Part shown: positions 49,136 to 56,417 of the stretch, piece by piece
How the letters are laid out: each line of letters begins with the position of its first letter
Numbering within the stretch: position 1 is the stretch's first letter
NCBI GenBank assembly: GCA_016618085.1
Contig: JABLTG010000040.1
Location: 62,001-118,417 of the forward strand
Origin: Neovahlkampfia damariscottae
Taxonomy: Eukaryota
Length of the DNA: 56,417 nucleotides
Reading direction: 5' to 3'
Translations under genes and position numbers: made by a program
Notes under the pieces: generated by a model
What the model was told of the DNA's origin: nothing
Seen by the model: the letters and a program-made list of their open reading frames with translations, nothing else
The model's database searches: none

Positions 49136-50065
49136 TTAAAAACTTGATTTTATTAAAATTCCACCATCCAATTGAATTATATTTCCAGTCATCCAAGCAC
49201 TTGCTTTTGATGATAGAAAAATACAAGCTCCAATAATATCTTCTTCACTTCCAATTCTATTCAAAGGAACTGATTTTACAATTTGTTTTCCAAATTTTTT
49301 CAATGTGGCTGCCATCATTTTACTTTCAAAAGGTCCTGTTGAGAATTTTACAAAAAAAAAGATAAAACAATACCTGGAGCAATGGCCTTTGAAAAATTAA
49401 TAATGATACACTTACATTAACTATAATATTTTCATCAGCAAATTTATTTGCTAAAACTTTAGTCAAATGATGCAATGCTGCCTTTGATGTTGAATATGCA
49501 TAGTTTTCTAAAGCAGGTATTCTAATTCCATCTATACTTCCAATCATAATAACACTTGATGGATTACCTTCCTTCGCTTTTAATTTAAGTTGTGGAAGAA
49601 AACATCTTGTAACATTGAAAACACCTTTAACGTTTAAACTCATAACTTTATCCCAACTTGAATCAGGATAGGTTTCAAATTTTTCACCCCAATTACAACC
49701 AGCACTTAAAATTAATTTTTTTTTTGAACTTCAAACTTATTGATCAAAACGTCAATACCTTCTTTTTCGTTTTCTTCAACTTTTTTGGATAAATAAATAC
49801 AATCTGATTCTTTTGATATATCAGCTGCAATAGCAATACCTAAAGAATTAAATTTTTTTTCTTTTTATTTTTTACATTTTCCAGGTCCTTCTTTTGTTAA
49901 TTCTTTTGCAACTTGTTCACATGTTTCTTTATTTCTTGATGAAATGTAAACAGTTGATCCATTTGAAACATATCCTTTTGCTATCATGAGACCTATTCCT
50001 CTACCACCTCCAGTGATAACAACAACTTTATCAGAAACATCAAACAAGTCTTTTGTTCTATACAT
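49136..50065 (-). CDS. Short-chain dehydrogenase/reductase (RhlG-like), 4 introns including a 13-nt micro-exon
   Basis: TGGGRGIG, IGSIDG, YSTSK, VN|AIAP|GPF, VPLNRIG. Confidence 0.92.
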
Positions 50066-50101
50066 TCTTTTTATTGGACAAATATTTTTATTGGATAAAT
50101 T

Positions 50102-52240
50102 TTATTTTAACTCTTTTGAAAATTTATCAATTTCAATTTCTAATTTTTTCTTTTTAAAATATTTTACATCCTCAGTTATCTTCTCAACAAATTTTCTTTT
50201 TTGTGAAATGGATCCCTTTAATGATTTCAAATTTTTGGAAAACTTTTGAATTGAATTTTCATCATTTTTTGGTAATTTAATTTCTCTTTTTAATTGTTTT
50301 TTTAATTCAAAATTATCATTTTCAAATTGTTGAAATTGAATTCTTGATATTATTTCAGACTTTATTGTCTTTGGTATATTTTTCCAATTTGGAATTGATG
50401 AAACAAAATCAGGTTCACTATTTTCTTTATCTAATTTTGATGATATATTTTCTTTTTTTGATTCTTTTTCATTATTATCTTTAATCTCAATGATATCAAC
50501 TTTTTTATCTTTTTTTAAGAAATTCATTTCATCCTCTGATTCATCAACTGATAAATTATTCAAATTTGATTTTTGTTTTTTTTCTTTTCTAAAAGGTGAT
50601 CCAAATGAAATTGGTTGTATATCTTCATCAAATGAATATGGATTTCTTAATTTTTCTTTCTTAAAACAGACATTATTAAAATTACCCATTTCTGATATTG
50701 GAACTGAGAATTTATCAGCATTTGAATCAAATTTTCTATCAATTTGAAAAACAGATGATTGCATTAAATCTAATTGTTCAATTAATTGATGTCTTTCAAT
50801 ATCAAATGGATTCTTTATAATAACTTTTTGATTTGAATTTGAATTTGATTTTTGTGATGCAGCAATCATATCATTTTCTAATTTTGTTTTTTTTTTCAAT
50901 TTTTTTAAATAAGAGTTAATTGAATAATTTAATGCACCATCAAGATTATCAGGTATTATATTTGGTAATGGTAAAGGTAATCTTTTTAATGCAACTTTTA
51001 AAGGTTGGATATAATAATTTGGTAATGAATACAAATATCTTTCAAATTCTTGTCTCCAATTTTGTGTTGGTATAAATTTATGAAATGTAATTAATTCATC
51101 TAATAAAGTGAATAATCTTGGAAAATTATATGGAAAAACGTAAAAAAAAACTGATTTTTCTTTTGCTTTAATGAAACCAAATGGATCACCAAAACCTGAT
51201 GAACCTTTAGAATTTTGAACATAAGTCAAAAATGTTGTTTGAGTTTCTAAAACATAATTGGTTAAATTACATGACTCAATTTCATATGAATCATATGGAA
51301 ATTTATCAAGTACAAAAAGTTCTCTTTCTGAAGGTAACATATGAATAATTGGTTGTGCAGCTCTTTGTGGTAAATTAGTCATAGTTGAAGTTGGTAAATA
51401 ATTTTCAGGTATTGGCCAAAATCCATTATTGGATTTTACAAAAATCATTTTATGATAAGCACGTAATTTTTGAGGTGGTATATTTGTTGGTCCTTTTGTT
51501 GTAAATGAAATTGGTTCAAAATTAACAATAACTCCTGTTTTTAATTTTGATATACAAATTTCTTCCATTGTTTGCATTAATCCTTTCATATTTGATACTA
51601 TTTTTGAAAATCCACCTGTAACTTCACATAATGGATCCAATACTGTTGCTTCATTTTTTGGAATTTCATTATGAGGTACTGATGGAAATTTTAATGTAAT
51701 TGAAAACACTCTTTGGTCCCAACGAAATGGTTCTTTTGTTAATTGTGATGACATATTAGAAGCTAAGTTTGGTAAAGTCAACTAAAAAACAAGTTATATT
51801 GTATATTTTTTTACTGTTTCTTGTACTCCATCTAATGATGTAAATTGACCACCATCAGTTAAAACTATAATTACAGAAGGTTCATAAAAATATGGATACA
51901 TTCCTTGACCATAATTATCAATGTTTGTTTGAAGTCTATATTGATTTAATAAACTGAAAGATTCAGCTAAAGCAGGTCCAATTTCAGTTAAGGATTTTGC
52001 TTCTAAATTTTTTAATTCATTTGTGAAATTTGAAAAATTATCTTTCCAACCTGATTTAACACAATTTGGTGAATTTTCACAAGAAACTAAAAAATAACGA
52101 TCACTTTTCGCTGCTGGATCTCTGTTTCTAATTTTTATAAAATATTCAATTCCACTTTTACAAATATCCAACATAGAAAGACCAGATTGTGCTTTTTGAA
52201 TCATTGAAAAAGACGTATCAACTAAAAACAAGATCAACAT
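50102..52240 (-). CDS. INTS6: Integrator complex subunit 6 (vWA)
   Basis: ILFLVDTSFSM, NIDNYGQG, LTKEPFRWDQR, GFWPIPE, PYNFPRLF; intron 51782-51814. Confidence 0.95.
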
Positions 52241-52298
52241 TTTTAGTTTGTTGTTTTGTGGTTTCTCTGTAAAGAATGATTTTATTGGTTGAATTTTT

Positions 52299-53183
52299 TC
52301 ATGTTTTTGAAACCAATGGTAAACTTTGAGTTTTAGAATGTGTCAACATTGCAATTGAAATACCATCAGATCTTTGTTTGATACCATCTTTTGAAAAATT
52401 AATTCAAAAACTCGTTGAAAATTTTACCTGTTGAAAATGCTTCTTCAATTATTACTTCATTTGTATCAAAATTCCATTTTCCAAAATTATATTTTTTCCC
52501 TTGATTATTAACTTTCAACCATTTTATCATCTTAAATTTTTAAAAATGAATGAAAAACTTACTCCTTCAACTGATCTTGGATCACAAATAGAAATTTTTG
52601 AAATGAATAATTCTGGAGGTTCTTTGGTTGGAGAAAGGTTTAAATTTTGAATTTTTTGTGATTTTAATCCAACTTTTAAAACAAAAATATCCGAATTAGT
52701 GATACAAATTGGAAAATAAAAATCAATATTTTTCTTATCGAATCTCCAAGGCTTTGTGCATTCTGTAGTCGTTAATTTATTTTCTAATTCATTCATTGAT
52801 AAATGACATATTGTTGGTAAAACAAATTGTTTCATTTTAATTGATATCAAATGATCAGAGAATATTTTATCTGTATGCACAACTTGAATATCATTTTGCC
52901 TGTTTGGCTCAAATATTGAGTTCAAAATATCTGTATGAACTGTATGGTGAATACAATCCATTCCTGTTTCTATTGCAGAATTGTAAATTTCAATTTGATT
53001 ATCTTCAATAAATTTTTCAAAAATTTTTTTTTCTTTTTCAAAAGAGTTAGAGTATTGATTGAATGCAAAGGCCAATCCTAATATATTAAATCCTAATATA
53101 GCTCTTTTGTTTATTTTTATTTTTTGTGTTTCTTGATTGACCGTTGAGTACTTTCTCAGTAATGGTTTAAAAATTCTCTGCAT
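52299..53183 (-). CDS. Hypothetical, probably mitochondrial membrane protein
   Basis: MQRIFKPLLRKYST transit-like start, one TM; 3' exons uncertain. Confidence 0.55.
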
Positions 53184-53709
53184 TAATTTTTGAGCCAATC
53201 ATTTCACAATTCAAAAAATAAAAATGAAAATGATCCCTAAACGTCACTATTTTTAGGCATAAGTTCATTTTCAATTTTTTGGAGTAGTAGAGGTGAAAGG
53301 TCCGGACGACGATTAAACTTTTTTTAATTTTCAACCCCCAAGGAAGTAAAAAAAGACCATTTTCGCGGATTTTTCATTTTTTTCGACCAAATCCCCCGAC
53401 ACACCCAGAACCTTTTTCTTGCCGTCTCACGCCTCAACTCGGCGGTTTTTTGTCATTTGAAAATTTTATTCACCTTCTTACTTTTTGTTATCCATAATTT
53501 TTCATTTTGGTTCTGTTAATTTGTTGGTCCATTATATTGCCATTTGGTTGGACCAATTTTATGGCAAATAAAAAGTACGAATTTTGAACCTTCATTGACA
53601 AGATTGAAACTTTCAATTTGAAGGTTTGAAACGATTTGATTGGATTGTCGGAATTCAAAGTTTTTATAAATTGATTCCCTTGCTTTTTTGAATGATTCAA
53701 CAAAACCAA

Positions 53710-54952
53710 ATGGACACAAGACAAGTTTTACTCTCAAGCTTTTGATCCACTTTTATGCTTTGAGTATATTCAAAATTCAATTGACAACATCAACAAATTC
53801 ACAACTGAAGCAAGTGATATAGTTTCTGAACTTTGCAAAGAAATTGAAAAAGAAAAGCTAAAGCCATACGAGAAGCTAAACAAACTTGCCAATCGATTAA
53901 GAGAAAATGAGGAACTAAAATATTATTTTGAACATTTAAATAATTCCACAGAAAAACAAAATGAAAAATGGAAATTAGAGCAAAATATTATCAACTTGAA
54001 AAAGAATATTGAAGACCAAGAATCCAAAAAAAAAAGTAATTCAAATTATTACAATGAAGCTCTTCATACAATAGAGGCAGATAATTTATCAGCGTCAGAA
54101 CAAAAATTAAAGGAAATTGTTATTCCTAAACCAACAATAAACATACAAGATGCAGGAAATTTTTTATTAGAATGGCAGAAAGAATCTGACAAGGTCAACC
54201 AAAATCAAAGAACCATAATCCCAAGAAACAGTCCTTTGGATTACCTAAAAAACCCACAAAAACATCTTTCTTTCAGTTTGAATGATGACTCAAATTCAAA
54301 AAAAGATTTAAATACTTTACAAAAAAATATTTCATTCTTACCTTCAAAAGAAATCAAGTACAATAAAACATCTGAATACCAAAATGGATTAAATCAACAG
54401 AATCTTAAAACTCAAGAAATTCAAATAAAAATGACACTCTTGAATATTAAACTTTATGTAATTGACGTTATCAGAACTGAATTGACAATAAAAAAAGGAA
54501 TTGAAATGGAAAAAAAACTTCAAAAACTAGAAAAAGAAAATGAAGAATTGAAAAAATTGTTTACTGTTTGTGAAATCAGAAAAAGATTAGAAGATGTTGT
54601 TTGGGGTATAATAGAAGACTTGGGTCATGAAGGATCAGCAACTGGCATATTGGAAGAACTGTCCGATCCTTCCAATGCTTTGTGGGATGATATTGATCCA
54701 GATAAAAAGGTTTCCAAGAGAATCAGAAAAATTGTTCGTGAATTATATCCACAACTTTCAAATAAAATCCATAATGTTCAAAATCATGGATTTGATCAAA
54801 ATGAACCTTTAAAAGTTTCTCGCGAGCATATCGGGGACAATACAGAAAGATTGGAAGCTTTAAAAATACTTTTTGAGTATTATAAAGCTGATGAATCTTG
54901 TTATCTGGTAAATGGAGATGAAACCCTAATGAAAGATATAATATTTGAATAA
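53710..54952 (+). CDS. Orphan coiled-coil protein with C-terminal LYxxLSxxIH helical domain (5' end uncertain)
   Basis: Frame is stop-free from 53696 to 54952. Either ATG 53710 with a 40-nt intron, or a longer frame from ATG 53561 broken only by TGA codons. Confidence 0.65.
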
Positions 54953-55117
54953 AATTTATTTTTGCTTCAAGAATTACGATGTACAGAGCATATCGTAAAT
55001 GCTACAGAAATTTTTACAAAGAAGTACATATTATTTGGAGAAAACTATTTATTGAAACTATTTATTGATTCTTTTCCATGAAATTTAAGGTGGTTTATAT
55101 GCTTTTGTTCCATGATA

Positions 55118-55375
55118 TTATTGATTTTTTTCAATGAAATTAAGGATTTTATCAATTTGTTCATTTTGCTCATTCATTTTTAATTGATGTTCAGAAGTTG
55201 TTTTTTTAATTTCCTCATGTATTTGGGAAGGTGATAACTCAAGGTTTGAGCCACAACAACTAGATTTTTCTATTCTTTTGCTAAATTCAACAACTCCGAT
55301 AACAATAGGCGAAATTAATGATGTAATTAAACCCGCTGAAGTTATTACGATTAATATTGTCAGTTCGACTGTCAT
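55118..55375 (-). CDS. Small viral-type membrane protein (N-terminal TM, RIEKSSCCG, coiled coil)
   Basis: Intronless; AT-only leader lacking CCAAT; TM followed by a basic-CCG motif. Confidence 0.65.
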   Translation of the reverse strand: MTVELTILIVITSAGLITSLISPIVIGVVEFSKRIEKSSCCGSNLELSPSQIHEEIKKTTSEHQLKMNEQNEQIDKILNFIEKNQ

Positions 55376-55435
55376 ATATATTATAATGTGATTTTAATTG
55401 AAAATCATTTTCTTTATATAGATTGTTATTAATAT

Positions 55436-55520
55436 CAAACGTTGGTGTAATAGGGAACACGCTAATATGAAAGCTGATCAATTCATATCAGAGATCTTGG
55501 TTCGAATCTTGGACAAATGA
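55436..55520 (+). pseudogene. Degenerate intron-containing tRNA-Phe(GAA)-like gene
   Basis: D arm GTGT-AATAGGGA-ACAC; CTAAT-AT-GAA-A-[13-nt intron with TTC]-T-ATCAG; GGTTCGAATC B box; acceptor and T stems mismatched. Confidence 0.55.
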
Positions 55521-55661
55521 CATTTAACCCTTAATAAAATATATAGACAAGTTATGATTATCCTAGGTTGAGATTGTTTGTAAAAATCATAAAGTTTATT
55601 ATATTATTATTATGTAGATTTTATTTATCTATATAATAAGAAAGATATAAATAATACCTTT

Positions 55662-55732
55662 CTTACCATAGTATAATGGCAGTGCAGTTGGCTGTAACCC
55701 AATTAGTGATGGTTCGATTCCATCTGGTGAGA
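55662..55732 (+). tRNA. tRNA-Tyr(GTA), intronless
   Basis: CTTACCA/TGGTGAG acceptor, discriminator A, GTTGG-CTGTAAC-CCAAT anticodon arm, GATGG-TTCGATT-CCATC T arm, short variable loop, C1:G72. Confidence 0.88.
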
Positions 55733-55764
55733 TAACTAATTAATATAGTTTTAATTAAACAATA

Positions 55765-56406
55765 TTAATATTTAATTTTAATCATTTTGTATTTTTCTGG
55801 CACTTTTTCAATGTGATATTTTTGGTCATCATCTTCTAATACATCTACAATAATAAAATTATAGTTTTGGGTGTTATCAATTATGAATTTTTTAACATCT
55901 TTAATTGTCTTATCATTCATAAAATTATCTTGAATTGATTTAAATGTATTTTCTTTTGTTTGTTTAAAAGTAATAAAATATGTTGCACATTCCCTTATGG
56001 TTGTTGGTATTTTGTGGATGTATTGAGTTGTAAATATTAATGTAAAATTTGGATGTCTATATGTTGATGTCAATCTGCTCATTATTTTACTTTGAAAATT
56101 TATTGAACCGATACAATCGTCAAAAATGATAAATGCAGGTTCAGCTTTTTTATTTTTCTTTTGTTGTGCAATTTGAATATTGTAAAATTTAATCAATGTG
56201 TTTTCATTATATTTTGAATGGACAAACTCATTGGGTAAAAAATCATATGCTCCAGTAAATTTGGTTGGGCAAAATACAAGTCCATATTTTACTTTCTTTT
56301 TCTTAAACATTTCATTTAACAAATATTTTATCAAATATGTTTTTCCACTCTTTGGAGGAGCACAAATTATTGATATGTAAGGGGTATCATTTATTAACTG
56401 TTCCAT
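55765..56406 (-). CDS. A32-like (FtsK-HerA) viral DNA packaging ATPase
   Basis: Walker A APPKSGKT, VFCPT, Walker B FIIFDDC, Arg-finger YRH, TTQY...IPTTIRE; 213 aa; intronless. Confidence 0.92.
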   Translation of the reverse strand: MEQLINDTPYISIICAPPKSGKTYLIKYLLNEMFKKKKVKYGLVFCPTKFTGAYDFLPNEFVHSKYNENTLIKFYNIQIAQQKKNKKAEPAFIIFDDCIGSINFQSKIMSRLTSTYRHPNFTLIFTTQYIHKIPTTIRECATYFITFKQTKENTFKSIQDNFMNDKTIKDVKKFIIDNTQNYNFIIVDVLEDDDQKYHIEKVPEKYKMIKIKY

Positions 56407-56417
56407 TTTAATATATT

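Larger units (their letters stand above)
53283..56417. mobile_element. End of an endogenous Polinton-like virus/virophage-type element (boundary inferred; continues beyond the window)
   Basis: A32 packaging ATPase, intronless TM-CCG ORF, tRNA genes, and a GC/CpG-rich noncoding segment starting AGTAGTAG at 53283. Confidence 0.7.

Noticed and set aside
1..53200. Alternative genetic code or frameshifts explaining split ORFs
   Set aside because: The breaks checked are resolved by short GT-AG introns, and genes end in TAA, TGA and TAG.
55662..55732. tRNA-Tyr as suppressor for the TGA codons at 53585-53695
   Set aside because: A GTA anticodon is near-cognate to UAG/UAA, not UGA.

Overview
Very AT-rich, gene-dense nuclear DNA of a microbial eukaryote. 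A heterolobosean/discobid-like amoeba is a guess, not proven. It uses the standard code, has tiny 29-40 nt GT-AG introns, and has a CCAAT/ATTGG motif just upstream of most ATGs. Positions 1-53200 hold about 45 host genes, including PDH E1-alpha, a bacterial long-form GAPDH, a TUTase, RRN3, primase, ARF-like and Rab32-like GTPases, eS25, a CCCH-TatD fusion, HPS4, GRIPAP1 and INTS6. They also hold one 5S rRNA gene and two identical tRNA-Thr(TGT) genes. From about 53210 to the end the sequence looks like one end of an endogenous Polinton-like virus/virophage-type element. It has an AGTAGT-starting GC/CpG-rich segment, an orphan ORF, a small TM-CCG protein and an A32 packaging ATPase. Unusually, it also has an intronless tRNA-Tyr and a decayed intron-containing tRNA-Phe. 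A second notable signal is a shared C-terminal motif [LF]x[DN][ILC][NQ]Fx[FM] on four unrelated interaction-type proteins. All product calls come from recognised motifs only; no database search was run.
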